Shown: positions 40,660-51,191 of the stretch, in pieces
Layout of the letters: each line of letters begins with the position of its first letter
Numbering within the stretch: position 1 is the first letter of the stretch
NCBI GenBank assembly: GCA_963760795.1
Contig: CAVXEP010000012.1
Span: 192,001-256,000, forward strand
Length of the DNA: 64,000 nt
Direction of reading: 5' to 3'
DNA from: an uncultured delta proteobacterium
Lineage (GTDB): Bacteria; Desulfobacterota; Binatia; UBA9968
Notes under the pieces: generated by a model
The model's input: only the letters and a program-made list of their open reading frames with translations
Database searches by the model: none
Told to the model about the DNA's origin: nothing
Position numbers and translations under genes: made by a program

Positions 40660-41481
40660 TCAGTCGCCGAAACCTGCGGAACGGGGATGGGCAAGCACGT
40701 AAACCTCGGTCGTTTTCGGGAGCATCGAACGATTTAAAGTAAGCTGCGACTCCGCGACGCGTTTGACCGGGTAGTGCTCTTTGGCGAAGGCGGCAAATAG
40801 CTCGGCCTGGCGCGCGATATCGTAATGCATCGGAATCACAATTGGCGGCTTCACCTGGTCGATCACCTTGATGACGTCTTCGAAACCCAGATTGGTCATC
40901 GCATCGATGGGCACCATCATGATATCGACGCGCTGCAGCACTTTGACCTGCTCTTCGCTAAGCAGGTGGCCGATGTTGCCCAGATGAGCCAGGCATAAGC
41001 TGCCCATTTCGTAGACAAATATGGAATTCGCGATGGCGCCCCAATTGGCGCTGCGTTGGCTTGGGATGTTGACGATGGTGATATCTTTCACGCTGGTGCG
41101 AATCGGCTGCCAGGTCTGCTTGAAAGTGATGCCGCGCAGAATCACTGGATTGCCGGTCACCGCGCCAGTGTTGTTATGGGTGAAGTGATCGTTGCTGATG
41201 GTCACCGCGTCGGCTTGAATCCCCGGGGTGACATTGAAATTGGGATCGGCGACGACTTTAGTTTGGCTGCCGGAATGAATCAAGAAACTCGAATGGCCGT
41301 ACCATTGGAGAAAATAAGAACCCAGAGCCAGGCTTTTGCCGTTATTGCCGCGCGCCTGAACCAGCTGGCGTCCATGATGAAAAAAGTGCACCAGCGACGG
41401 ATTGCACACCGCCTCGACGATTTCACGCAGCGGCAATAGCAGAAAGCTCGTGAGGGCGCCGATAAAACTCCGTCGTTTCAT
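40660..41481 (-). CDS. MBL-fold metallo-hydrolase, Tat-exported
   Basis: KRRSFI twin-arginine motif, WYGHSSF, HLGNIGH, IPMHY; the metal motif is divergent (SNDHFTH). Confidence 0.85.
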   Translation of the reverse strand: MKRRSFIGALTSFLLLPLREIVEAVCNPSLVHFFHHGRQLVQARGNNGKSLALGSYFLQWYGHSSFLIHSGSQTKVVADPNFNVTPGIQADAVTISNDHFTHNNTGAVTGNPVILRGITFKQTWQPIRTSVKDITIVNIPSQRSANWGAIANSIFVYEMGSLCLAHLGNIGHLLSEEQVKVLQRVDIMMVPIDAMTNLGFEDVIKVIDQVKPPIVIPMHYDIARQAELFAAFAKEHYPVKRVAESQLTLNRSMLPKTTEVYVLAHPRSAGFGD

Positions 41482-41593
41482 TTCTCCTCCTCATGGCCAG
41501 CGCTATGGATTTGCTGCCGCACCGCTGGCGCTGGTACCATCGCGATGGAAAAACCTTATCGCCACAGCCGCCAGTTTACAAGAAATAAGAATG

Positions 41594-41986
41594 CTAGGAA
41601 GAACAGCTCTTGCAGATACCGTAGAAGGCCGAGTGGTGCGATGTCACGGTGAAGCCCCCTTCGCGAAGCATTGCCGGCAGGATCTCCCATTGGCTTTCGA
41701 CCAGGACGTCGAAGATCCGATCGCAAACTTCGCAGATAAAATGCTGATGACGCGTGACCAGCGGATCGAAATGTTGCGCCCGCCCGAGCAGCAAAACTTG
41801 CAGCTTTTATAGCGTCACCAGCTTCTGCAAGTTGCGATACACGGTACCGAGACTGATATTCGGCAGTTTGTGCCGTACCCGGTCATAGACCTGTTCGGCA
41901 GCGGGATGGGACTGATCATGCTCGATGGCCTGCCAGACCATCGCCAATTGCCTGGTATTCCGCGCCAGCTTCTCGATCGACACCAT
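41594..41986 (-). pseudogene. Fur/PerR-family repressor with an in-frame stop
   Basis: HPAAEQVY, ISLGTVYRNL, HQHFICEVC, GICKSC in one frame, interrupted by TAA at 41807-41809. Confidence 0.88.
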
Positions 41987-41988
41987 AG

Positions 41989-42564
41989 CTATTCTGCCAA
42001 ATCCTGGGATAACGACCGCTGCACCGCGGCGCTAAGAACTTTACTAACGCGGTCGTTGGCATGCTCAACGGCAATTTCCACTGGCGCACCGGCGAGAAAA
42101 GCTTGGCGCGCCGTCGCATCGAAGGGAAATCGCACATACTGGACGGCGCTAATCTTGTCCTCTTTGGCGCGGCCTTCTTCGAACCGCCCGGGAACTCTCT
42201 GATCGCCGACCTTGAATAGGAGCGCTTCGTCGATGCCGAGGAATTTTAACAGGTCGTCGCGTAGGTGAGTCTGGTCCTCGATCTCGATAAACAGCGTGGC
42301 GCTGAGTTCGCCGGCGTTGGGAATCAGTTCATTGTAGACGGCGATCTCCTCGCGAATCTTGTCGAGGTCGGTAACCCGTTCGGCGCGCAACATTTCTTGA
42401 ATCTGAAAGATCACCGTGTCGCGGTTTTCAAAGACCAGCGAAATATTCTCGCCCACCGAAACCCGGCGGAGTTTTTTCTGCTCGATAATTTCGCGGCGGA
42501 ACTCTTCGCGCACCTTTTCGTAGGCGATAAAACCCAAGATATCGTCGAGAACAATTTTTTTCAT
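41989..42564 (-). CDS. DUF3501-family protein
   Basis: FENRDTVIFQIQEMLRAE, YNELIP, SAVQYVRF; follows rubrerythrin. Confidence 0.9.
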   Translation of the reverse strand: MKKIVLDDILGFIAYEKVREEFRREIIEQKKLRRVSVGENISLVFENRDTVIFQIQEMLRAERVTDLDKIREEIAVYNELIPNAGELSATLFIEIEDQTHLRDDLLKFLGIDEALLFKVGDQRVPGRFEEGRAKEDKISAVQYVRFPFDATARQAFLAGAPVEIAVEHANDRVSKVLSAAVQRSLSQDLAE

Positions 42565-42643
42565 GATCAGCACAAAGAGCGGCAGCGACTGGCGTAAAAA
42601 ATTCCGCGCCAGCCGCCGCCCTGATAGTTAGGTTAGCGAATCA

Positions 42644-43069
42644 TCAGCTACCGAGAGTGTCGAGCCCCTTGGCGAAGCGGCCGGCGTGGGACTTTGCTGC
42701 CTTGGCCAGGGTCTCAAACCATTCGGCCAGTTCGGGCAGACCTTCGTCGCGCGCCGTCTTGGCAAACCCTGGATACATTTCGGTGTATTCGTAGGTCTCG
42801 CATTCCACCGCCGACTTTAAATTCTTCGACGTGGTGCCGATGGCCACGCCGGTGCAGGGATCGCCGACTTCCTTGAGAAAGTCGAGGTGCCCGAAGGCGT
42901 GACCGGTTTCGGCTTCCGACGTGTCGCGGAACAAACCGCTGACGTCCGGATAACCCTCGATATCCGCCACCCGTGCAAAATACAGGTAGCGCCGATTGGC
43001 CTGCGACTCGCCCGCGAAGGCGGCCTTTAGATTTTGATGAGACTTTGTGCCGGCTAATGCTTTTGCCAT
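42644..43069 (-). CDS. Short rubrerythrin (no rubredoxin domain)
   Basis: [29 protein letters not shown]; second ExxH reads AKSH; GGAGG RBS. Confidence 0.92.
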   Translation of the reverse strand: MAKALAGTKSHQNLKAAFAGESQANRRYLYFARVADIEGYPDVSGLFRDTSEAETGHAFGHLDFLKEVGDPCTGVAIGTTSKNLKSAVECETYEYTEMYPGFAKTARDEGLPELAEWFETLAKAAKSHAGRFAKGLDTLGS

Positions 43070-43087
43070 GATGCTTCCGCCTCCAAA

Positions 43088-43128
43088 TAATAATCGTTAC
43101 TAATATGAAACAGCGCGATTTGAGTCAA
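43088..43128 (-). promoter_or_regulatory. sigma70-like promoter with an overlapping Fur/PerR-type box
   Basis: TTGACT-17-TATTAG on the minus strand; imperfect 7-1-7 palindrome TAATAAT-C-GTTACTA at 43088-43102. Confidence 0.6.
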
Positions 43129-43392
43129 GAAACCGCAGACAATTATCTATCGGCCAGCGATAAGCAAGGGCCATTCAGCGAAGCGGGATAACCACCAAGG
43201 ACTTGCGCCAGCGGCCCCGTCGGTATCCATGGATAGTCAGTCGGTTGTATTATCGTGTAGTAGAAGCCGGGCCATCGGGGTAAGCAAATGGCGCAGCAGC
43301 GATCTTGCCAATCGGTGAAATAATCGATACTCAGGCGTGACCGTTGCCGCGAGTGCGGTTGCCCTCTTGTCCTATCCGTCTTGACGAAAGCG

Positions 43393-44628
43393 ATGCCAAT
43401 TTCACTTTCCCGCGCCGGTACCGAGCCCGTCGACAGCCCAAGGCCGACCATCCACTGGACTGAAGCGGGTAAAAGTTGTGCGGCGCTCTGGCGCTCAGAG
43501 CGTGGCGCGCCACCACCCAAGCGGGTCATTGTGGTTGACGACACCACCACCGCTGATGCTGCCTATCGCCTGGCCTGTGAAGGCACGGCTTTGCTCTGGC
43601 GTGGAGATTTTCACAACGCCACACAGTTGCTCCAGGCGCTGGTGCGGCGCATCGACACCCCCCCTGCCCGCAAGCAAAGAAGCCGAAAAAGGGAATCGAC
43701 TCAGACCATATCCCCTGCCGACGCCTTTCACCGCCATCGTCTGGCCCAGTCGCAGAGAGCGCGCCTGTTGGGCTTGCTGCTGCTGCCTTTTAACGCCGAT
43801 TATAGTATTGCGCTGCGCCGCGCCCCCGATGCCCGACAAGCCTGCGCGGAGGCGTGGGAACTGGATCCAGCGGGTGCGGCTGCTGGCGCCTCAGTGGCGT
43901 CTTTGCGCGACCTACTGGGTATGATTAGCGCCCATGAGTGGCGCAAAAAAGGCGTGGAGATTCCCGAGCTCGGCGACGCGCCGAACAACCGCATCCATCC
44001 GCATTACGGCGTCTTCTCTCCTCTACGGGGAGAATACGTGAGCCTCGTCGCCACAGCGCCCTTGCCTGCGACCGGGCAGGCCAGGTTTGTCGCCTTTGAC
44101 ATCGGCACGGGTTCCGGTGTGCTTGCCGCGGTGCTAGCACGTCGCCACATCGAGCAGGTGGTGGCGACCGATCAGGACCCGCGCGCACTCGCCTGCGCGC
44201 GTGACAACCTCGCACGGCTGGGCGTGACGCGGCAAGTGCAGATAGTGCGGGCGGATCTTTTCCCCGAGGGCCGGGCGTCGTTGGTGGTGTGCAACCCGCC
44301 CTGGCTACCCGCGCGACCCGGCGCTCCCCTTGAGTCTGCGGTTTACGACGAGGACAGCCGCATGCTGCTTGGGTTCCTGAACGGCGTGGCGGCTCACCTC
44401 GTGCCGAGCGGTGAGGCCTGGCTCATCTTGTCTGACTTTGCCGAGCACTTGGGCTTACGCTCACGCGTCGATCTATTGGCTGCGTTCGCGACTGCCGGCT
44501 TGAAGGTCGTGGGCCGAATCGATGCCAAGCCACGCCATCCCAAGGCGTCCGATACCGGCGATCCGCTGCACTTCGCCCGGGCGGCAGAAGTGACCTCGCT
44601 CTGGCGTCTAGCCGCTAATCAACCGTGA
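43393..44628 (+). CDS. Class I SAM-dependent methyltransferase (MTS/HemK-like)
   Basis: DIGTGSG motif I and CNPPW motif IV; start uncertain. Confidence 0.88.
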   Translation: MPISLSRAGTEPVDSPRPTIHWTEAGKSCAALWRSERGAPPPKRVIVVDDTTTADAAYRLACEGTALLWRGDFHNATQLLQALVRRIDTPPARKQRSRKRESTQTISPADAFHRHRLAQSQRARLLGLLLLPFNADYSIALRRAPDARQACAEAWELDPAGAAAGASVASLRDLLGMISAHEWRKKGVEIPELGDAPNNRIHPHYGVFSPLRGEYVSLVATAPLPATGQARFVAFDIGTGSGVLAAVLARRHIEQVVATDQDPRALACARDNLARLGVTRQVQIVRADLFPEGRASLVVCNPPWLPARPGAPLESAVYDEDSRMLLGFLNGVAAHLVPSGEAWLILSDFAEHLGLRSRVDLLAAFATAGLKVVGRIDAKPRHPKASDTGDPLHFARAAEVTSLWRLAANQP

Positions 44629-44778
44629 TACAATCCTAGTGCCCGTTTGTTCGCCAACTGAGAAACCAGCGTCAAACTCTCTGGTTCAACCGCCTCCACC
44701 CGTTACGGACGAGGGAGAATATCGCCCGTGCAAGGAAGGTCGCTTTTTTTGCCGCGCCACTTCTGCTACTTTTGTCCG

Positions 44779-45123
44779 ATGGAAACTTCGGAAGCCAGCG
44801 CCACTATATCCATCGACGATTTTAGAAAGATCGAGCTCAAGGTCGCGACGATTACCGCCGCCGAGCCCCATCCCAATGCCGATAAATTGCTAGTGCTGCA
44901 GGTCGATCTCGGCACCGAACAGCGGCAAATCTGCGCCGGTATCAGAAACCACTATACGCCGGAACAACTGGTCGGCAGGCAAATCGTCGTCGTCGCCAAC
45001 CTGGCCACCGCCAAACTGCGCGGCTTGGAAAGTCAGGGCATGCTGCTCGCCGCCTCCAGCGGCGACCAAGTGATCTTCATGACCCCGGAAAAACCGGCCC
45101 TCGCCGGTTCCACCGTCAAGTAA
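44779..45123 (+). CDS. Stand-alone tRNA-binding protein (MetG C-terminal/Trbp111-like)
   Basis: ISIDDFRKIEL, HPNADKLL, RQICAGI, LRGLESQGMLLAA. Confidence 0.9.
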   Translation: METSEASATISIDDFRKIELKVATITAAEPHPNADKLLVLQVDLGTEQRQICAGIRNHYTPEQLVGRQIVVVANLATAKLRGLESQGMLLAASSGDQVIFMTPEKPALAGSTVK

Positions 45124-45151
45124 TAAGTTCGCCCAGACAATCTTTGCATTA

Positions 45152-46285
45152 ATGATCATAACCCTGCCAGGGCGGCCTACCCTCTGCGTCATCGACCATC
45201 GAGCCTTGCGTTGGAACTTCAAACAGATCCGCGCACGGGTCGGCGCACGGGTCAAAATCCTGTCCATGGTCAAAGCCAACGGATACGGCCATGGCGCGGT
45301 TGCTGTGGCAAAGACGTTGGCCGGCGCCGGCAGCGACGCCTTCGGCGTCGCCACGGTGGAAGAAGGCATCGAGCTCAGACGCGCGCGCATCAAGCAGCCG
45401 ATCCTGGTGCTCGCTGGTGTTTATCTCGAACAGTTGGAGCAGTTTTTGAAAAACCGGCTAACCCCGGTCATCCATGAAGTCGCGACGTTGAAGACGTTGG
45501 ACAAACGGCTGCAACGACTCAAGGCAACGCTGCCAGTGGAAATCGAAGTCGACACCGGCATGGGCCGCATCGGTTTCCCGACCGATGCAACCGACACTTG
45601 GCTGCCAGTGCTCGCCAAACTCGAAGCGGTTAAACTGCAAGGGGTATTCTCCCATTTCTCCGATGCCGAGAGCGCCAACCAACGATACACTCAGAAACAG
45701 CTCAAGAATTTCCGCCAAGTATTAGACCGATTGGCAGCTGCAAAGATCACGCATCGAACCAGCCACCTGGCCAAGAGTGCCGCTATAATCACCGAAGCCA
45801 CATCGCACTTTTCCATGGTTCGCCCAGGTCTGATTCTCTACGGCATGTATCCGGCGGCCGCGCTAAAAAAGCAGATCGATCTCAAGCCGGTGCTGAGTTG
45901 GCAAACGCGCATCATTCAGTTGAAGCGCGTCCCGGCCGGCACCAGCGTCGGCTACGGCCGAACTTTTGTGACGCAGCGAAACAGCCTCATCGCCACGTTG
46001 CCGGTGGGCTACGCCGATGGTTATCGACGGCTTTTTTCCAACCGCGCGCAAGTGTTAGTGCGCGGCAAACGCGCGCCAGTGGTGGGCAGAGTGAGCATGG
46101 ATTTGACTACCGTTGATGTTACCGATATTAGAAATGTCCAGCAGGGAGACGAGGTTGTTCTCCTCGGCGGTCAAGGCGGCGCGGAAATCGGCGCCGATGA
46201 GATCGCCGGTTGGGCCAACACGATCTCATACGAGATTTTCACTTCCATCGGCGCTCGCGTTCCGCGCATTCACAAAAACGTTTAG
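45152..46285 (+). CDS. alr: Alanine racemase
   Basis: VKANGYGHG PLP-lysine motif, DTGMGRIG, GYADG, GRVSMD. Confidence 0.97.
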   Translation: MIITLPGRPTLCVIDHRALRWNFKQIRARVGARVKILSMVKANGYGHGAVAVAKTLAGAGSDAFGVATVEEGIELRRARIKQPILVLAGVYLEQLEQFLKNRLTPVIHEVATLKTLDKRLQRLKATLPVEIEVDTGMGRIGFPTDATDTWLPVLAKLEAVKLQGVFSHFSDAESANQRYTQKQLKNFRQVLDRLAAAKITHRTSHLAKSAAIITEATSHFSMVRPGLILYGMYPAAALKKQIDLKPVLSWQTRIIQLKRVPAGTSVGYGRTFVTQRNSLIATLPVGYADGYRRLFSNRAQVLVRGKRAPVVGRVSMDLTTVDVTDIRNVQQGDEVVLLGGQGGAEIGADEIAGWANTISYEIFTSIGARVPRIHKNV

Positions 46286-46299
46286 GAGGATCACCGGCA

Positions 46300-47874
46300 G
46301 TGGGCAAGATTGAAAGAGCCCTCATCAGCGTTTCCGACAAGCAAGGGATTGTCGAATTTTCCCGCGCCCTTGCAGCCATGGGCGTCGAACTGGTTTCCAC
46401 CGGCGGCACCGCTGCGCTGCTGCGCGACAGCAATATTCCGGTTAAAGACGTCGCCGAGCTCACCGGCTTTCCGGAAATGATGGATGGCCGGGTCAAGACT
46501 CTCCATCCGAAAATTCACGGCGGCATCCTGGCGCTGCGCGACAACCCCGAACATGTCGCCAAGATGAAAGAACATGGCATCAAGCCCATCGATTTAGTGG
46601 TCGTGAATCTGTATCCCTTCGAAGCGACGGTTGCCCGCGGCGCCGGATTCGAAGAAGTGGTCGAGAACATCGACATCGGCGGGCCGAGCATGGTGCGCGC
46701 CGCGGCGAAAAATCATCAGCATGTCGGCGTGGTCGTCGATCCGGCGGATTACGATTCGATTCTCAGCGAAATGCGGGCCAATAACGGCGCGCTCGTGCCC
46801 GCGACGCATTTCCAGCTTTTCTGTAAGGCGTTCCAGCACACCGCGCACTACGATGGCGCGATCTCCAATTACTTTTCTTCCCTGGACCAAGAGATGAAGC
46901 CACAACGCTGGGGCCAGACGGTCAATATCCAAGTCAGCAAACTTCAGGACATGCGCTACGGCGAGAATCCTCATCAGAGCGCGGCATTCTACGGCACCAA
47001 GGGCGACGGCGGCCCGTCGATCTCGCGGGCCAAGCAGTTTCAAGGCAAAGAGTTGTCGTTCAACAACATCCTCGACGCCGACGCGGCCTTGAGCACGGTG
47101 TTGGAATTCTCCGATATCGCCACCGTCGCCATCAAGCACAACAATCCTTGCGGCGTCGCCCTGTCGAGTAAATCCCTCGCCGACTCCTTCCGCAAAGCCA
47201 AGGCGTGCGATCCGGTTTCGATCTTCGGCGGGGTCCTGGCGTTCAATCGCCCGGTGGACGAGGAAACCGCGCTGGAACTCAAGGATATTTTTCTCGAGAT
47301 CGTCATCGCGCCGAGCTTCACGCCGGAAGCTAAAGCGGTGTTGTCGTCGCAAAAGCGGCTGCTCAATATCCGCTTGCTCGAACTCGACATGAGCCAGCCG
47401 CAGACCGGCGGCTACGATCTCCGGCGCGTGCGCGGCGGCATGCTGATCCAAGATTGGGATACCGGCAAGATCGACGTGCGCGCCTGTAAAGTCGTCACCG
47501 AACGCAAACCCACGGACGACGAATATCGCGCTCTCGATTTCGCCTGGCGGGTTTGCCGCCATGTAAAATCCAACACCATCGTGTTCGCGTCGCCCGACCA
47601 AGTGCTCGGCGTCGGCGCCGGCCAGATGAGCCGCATCGACTCGACCAAAATCGCCGTGCTGCGGGCGGCGACTCACGGTCTCGACCTGAAAGGCTCCGCG
47701 GTCGCTTCCGACGCTTTTTATCCGTTCCGCGACGGCCTCGATGCAGCCGCCAATGGCGGCGCCAAGTCGATCATCCAACCCGGCGGCTCGATCAAAGACG
47801 AAGAAGTCATCGCCGCCGCCAATGAACATGGCATCGCCATGATCTTCACGGGCATGAGGCATTTTAGACATTAG
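46300..47874 (+). CDS. purH: Bifunctional AICAR transformylase/IMP cyclohydrolase
   Basis: [33 protein letters not shown]; GTG start after AGGAGG. Confidence 0.98.
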   Translation: MGKIERALISVSDKQGIVEFSRALAAMGVELVSTGGTAALLRDSNIPVKDVAELTGFPEMMDGRVKTLHPKIHGGILALRDNPEHVAKMKEHGIKPIDLVVVNLYPFEATVARGAGFEEVVENIDIGGPSMVRAAAKNHQHVGVVVDPADYDSILSEMRANNGALVPATHFQLFCKAFQHTAHYDGAISNYFSSLDQEMKPQRWGQTVNIQVSKLQDMRYGENPHQSAAFYGTKGDGGPSISRAKQFQGKELSFNNILDADAALSTVLEFSDIATVAIKHNNPCGVALSSKSLADSFRKAKACDPVSIFGGVLAFNRPVDEETALELKDIFLEIVIAPSFTPEAKAVLSSQKRLLNIRLLELDMSQPQTGGYDLRRVRGGMLIQDWDTGKIDVRACKVVTERKPTDDEYRALDFAWRVCRHVKSNTIVFASPDQVLGVGAGQMSRIDSTKIAVLRAATHGLDLKGSAVASDAFYPFRDGLDAAANGGAKSIIQPGGSIKDEEVIAAANEHGIAMIFTGMRHFRH

Positions 47875-47880
47875 AGAATC

Positions 47881-47931
47881 GAGGATGGAGAATTGAGAAT
47901 TGCGATCCTCTATCTTCGATTCTCCATCCTC
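47881..47931. repeat. Intergenic inverted repeat built of 7-nt units
   Basis: GAGGATGGAGAAT...ATTCTCCATCCTC between purH and purD. Confidence 0.65.
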
Positions 47932-47939
47932 AACGAATT

Positions 47940-49214
47940 ATGAAAATCCTCGTCATCGGCAGCGGCGGCCGCGAGCACGCGCTGGTCTGGAAGATTCATC
48001 AAAGTCCGCGCGTGGACAAAATCTTCTGCGCGCCGGGCAGCGCGGCCATCGGCGAGTTAGCCGAATGCGTGGCGATCAACCCCGAGCAACTCGATCGTCT
48101 CGCCGACTTCGCCGAAAAAGAACATATCGATCTCACCGTCGTCGGCCCGGAGTTGCCGCTAACTCTCGGCATCGCCGATTTATTCGAATCCCGTCATCTG
48201 AGAATTTTCGGACCTAACCAAGCCGCCGCCCAACTCGAAGGCAGCAAAGCCTTCACCAAGGAAATGCTCCGCGCCAACGGAATTCCCACCGCAGCATTCG
48301 CCACTTGCACCGACGCCGCTGCAGCTAAGCAATATTTGGCGCGGCAACAATCACCGTATGTGATCAAAGCCGACGGTCTCGCCGCCGGCAAAGGCGTGCT
48401 GATCTGCGCGACCTTGGCGGAAGCCGAAGCCGCCATCGAGGAAATCCTCGTGCAAAGGGCGTTCGGCGCCGCCGGCGACAAAGTCGTCATCGAAGAGTAT
48501 CTCGACGGTGAAGAAGCTTCGTTCATGGTCTTGACCGACGGCGAACATGTGCTGCCGCTGGCTTCGTCCCAGGACCATAAACGCGTCTTCGATAACGACC
48601 AGGGCCCCAACACCGGCGGTATGGGCGCCTACTCGCCCGCGCCGGTGGTGACGCCCGAGGTCCATGAGCGAGTGCTGCGCGAAATATTGACGCCGCTGCT
48701 TCAGGGGCTGCGGCAGAAAAACATCCGCTACCGCGGTCTGCTCTACGTCGGCTTGATGATTACCGAGGCCGGGCCGAAGGTTATAGAATTCAATGCCCGC
48801 TTCGGCGATCCCGAGTGCCAGCCGATCATGATGCGGCTCAAGAGCGACTTACTGCCGCTGCTCGAAGCCACCATCGACGGCAAACTCGATCGAGTCGAAG
48901 CTGAATGGTACGACGACCCCGCCATCTGCGTCGTCCTCACCGCCAACGGCTATCCCGGCGCCTATGACAAGGGCAAAGAAATTTCCGGCCTGGACAAACT
49001 AGCCAACTGGCGACAAGGCTTCGTCTTCCACGCCGGCACCGCCAAAGAAAACAACCGCTGGCTCACCACCGGCGGCCGGGTCCTGGGCGTCACCGCCCGC
49101 GGTAAATCGGTGGCCGAAGCGGTAAAAGAAGTCTATCGCGCGGTCGGCGAAATCTCTTGGGCCGGTATGCACTATCGCAAAGACATCGCCCGCCGGGCGT
49201 TGCCGAATAGCTAA
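47940..49214 (+). CDS. purD: Phosphoribosylamine-glycine ligase
   Basis: GSGGREHAL, KADGLAAGKGV, GPNTGGMGAY, EFNARFGDPE. Confidence 0.98.
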   Translation: MKILVIGSGGREHALVWKIHQSPRVDKIFCAPGSAAIGELAECVAINPEQLDRLADFAEKEHIDLTVVGPELPLTLGIADLFESRHLRIFGPNQAAAQLEGSKAFTKEMLRANGIPTAAFATCTDAAAAKQYLARQQSPYVIKADGLAAGKGVLICATLAEAEAAIEEILVQRAFGAAGDKVVIEEYLDGEEASFMVLTDGEHVLPLASSQDHKRVFDNDQGPNTGGMGAYSPAPVVTPEVHERVLREILTPLLQGLRQKNIRYRGLLYVGLMITEAGPKVIEFNARFGDPECQPIMMRLKSDLLPLLEATIDGKLDRVEAEWYDDPAICVVLTANGYPGAYDKGKEISGLDKLANWRQGFVFHAGTAKENNRWLTTGGRVLGVTARGKSVAEAVKEVYRAVGEISWAGMHYRKDIARRALPNS

Positions 49215-49229
49215 ACTTTATCTTTTCAA

Positions 49230-49856
49230 TTGAACTCGCACCATCGCCATGACTTGACCAATGCGCTGGCCGCGCTCAAACGCGGCGAGGTAATTGTCTT
49301 TCCCACCGAGACGCTCTACGGTCTCGGCGCCGACGCACTGAATTTTTCCGCCGTCGAAAACATCTTTCAACTCAAGGGGCGCGATCCCGACAATCCATTT
49401 CCCGTGCTGGTCGCGGACCGGGTCATGCTCGATATCCTGGTCGCCGAAATAACTCCGCTGGCGGAAAAGTTAATGGCGCACTTCTGGCCGGGCCCGCTGA
49501 CGCTGGTACTGCCTGCGCGCGACGATATGCCGCGCCCGCTGGTCAACCGCCAGGGCGGCATCGGCGTGCGCCTGTCGAGCCAGCCCATCGCCACGGAACT
49601 GGTGCGCTTACTCGGCCATCCGCTGACCGCCACCAGCGCCAATCCTTCCGGGCAACCAGGCGCGCACACCGTCCTGCAAGCCAAAAACTATTTCTCCGCT
49701 AAGATCACCATCTACGTTGACGGCGGCGAATTGACTTCGCCAACCGGCTCCACCGTCGCGGCGGTTGAAAAAAATAAGCTGAGGATCATTCGCGCCGGCG
49801 AGATCAGCCGGGCAGCTCTCGAAGTTGTCGTGGGCAAAGGAGTCATTGAAGCATGA
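49230..49856 (+). CDS. tsaC: L-threonylcarbamoyladenylate synthase (TsaC/YrdC)
   Basis: FPTETLYGLG, KGR, FWPGPLT, TSANPSG. Confidence 0.92.
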   Translation: MNSHHRHDLTNALAALKRGEVIVFPTETLYGLGADALNFSAVENIFQLKGRDPDNPFPVLVADRVMLDILVAEITPLAEKLMAHFWPGPLTLVLPARDDMPRPLVNRQGGIGVRLSSQPIATELVRLLGHPLTATSANPSGQPGAHTVLQAKNYFSAKITIYVDGGELTSPTGSTVAAVEKNKLRIIRAGEISRAALEVVVGKGVIEA

Positions 49857-50071
49857 AACTAGAAATTCGCAGAATGGCACCGCTAGCGATTGTCATCTGC
49901 CTGCTTGGCGGCTGCGACGCAAAGAAAGCTCCCGTCGAAACGGGCCGCGCAGCGGTGAAGGAAGTGGTCACCCAACCGTTCAACGCTTTGGACAGTGCCA
50001 AGGAGTCGCTCAAGCAGAGCGAGGACAAACAAAAGGCCGCCCTCGAAGAAGCCGACAAGGAAATCAAGTAG
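49853..50071 (+). CDS. Small lipoprotein
   Basis: LGGC lipobox; ATGA overlap with tsaC. Confidence 0.7.
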   Translation: MKLEIRRMAPLAIVICLLGGCDAKKAPVETGRAAVKEVVTQPFNALDSAKESLKQSEDKQKAALEEADKEIK

Positions 50072-50154
50072 CAGGCGCCGATTTTTCAGCGCGCCAACAA
50101 ATCAATCGCTGCTTCGTTATATTCAGCACGCGCTTTATGCTATCAAAATGAATC

Positions 50155-51132
50155 ATGTTGGTTTTGTCCGAAAAACAAGTTCAGAGTTTGATCGACATCG
50201 ACGAACTGATCGCTGCACTGGAACAAGCGCATATCCAATATTCCACCGGCAAGGCGGTCATGCCGGTGCGCTTGGTCGTGCCGCTGCCGCAGATCCAAGG
50301 ACGGATCACCAGCATGCCGGGCTATCTGAACGAGGATAAAGCCCTCGGCATGAAAGTCGTGACCTACTTTCAAGACAATCCCAAGCAAGATCTGCCGGCG
50401 ATCCTCGCCACCATCATGTTGTTCAGCAGCGACACCGGCAAAATGATCGCCGCCATGGATGGCGGCTACATCACTGCGATCAGAACCGCCTGCGCCTCGG
50501 CGCTGGCGACGCGAACATTAGCCAATCCCAGCACGCCGGTGCTGGGAATCCTAGGCGCCGGCGTGCAGGCGCGCGCCCATATTCAAGCCCTGACCCGGGT
50601 GCGGCAGTTGAGCCGTATCAAGCTCTACAGTCCGTCGGGAAAGAGCGCGCGCAGTATTAAACAAGACTTGGAAAAGTCCTGCGCCATCTCGATCGAGGTC
50701 GTCGATTCGGCGCAAGCCGCGGTACGCGACAGCGATCTCCTGGTGACGGTAACCACCGCCAAAGAGCCAATCGTCCAGGCCGAATGGCTCAAGCCTGGCG
50801 TCCACATCAACGCCGTCGGCTCGCACCGTCCCGATCAGCGCGAAATCGACGGCGCGACATTGAAACGCGCCAAGGTCGTGGTCGACTCCCACGACGCGGT
50901 CATGGCCGAGTGTGGCGATATCTTGCTCGCGCTCAAAGAACAGTCCATCGGCGCAGCCGATATCCATGGCGAGATCGGCGAAGTCCTCGCCGGCACCAAG
51001 GCGGGACGAAGCAGCCCGAGTGAAATCACACTCTACAAATCCGTCGGCATCGCCATTCAAGATGTCGCCACCGCGCAGATGGTTTATCATAAGGCGTTGG
51101 CACAAAACGTCGGCACAAATGTGGAAATTTAA
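50155..51132 (+). CDS. Ornithine cyclodeaminase/mu-crystallin family protein
   Basis: TAIRTA, GAGVQA, HINAVGS, YKSVGIAIQD. Confidence 0.93.
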   Translation: MLVLSEKQVQSLIDIDELIAALEQAHIQYSTGKAVMPVRLVVPLPQIQGRITSMPGYLNEDKALGMKVVTYFQDNPKQDLPAILATIMLFSSDTGKMIAAMDGGYITAIRTACASALATRTLANPSTPVLGILGAGVQARAHIQALTRVRQLSRIKLYSPSGKSARSIKQDLEKSCAISIEVVDSAQAAVRDSDLLVTVTTAKEPIVQAEWLKPGVHINAVGSHRPDQREIDGATLKRAKVVVDSHDAVMAECGDILLALKEQSIGAADIHGEIGEVLAGTKAGRSSPSEITLYKSVGIAIQDVATAQMVYHKALAQNVGTNVEI

Positions 51133-51191
51133 TTTGCGGCTGCACACAACGGACCGGCGGGTTTAACACCGGCCCCGACAGCGGAACTATT

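Noticed and set aside
46594-47871. 425-aa minus-strand ORF
   Set aside because: Antisense shadow of purH
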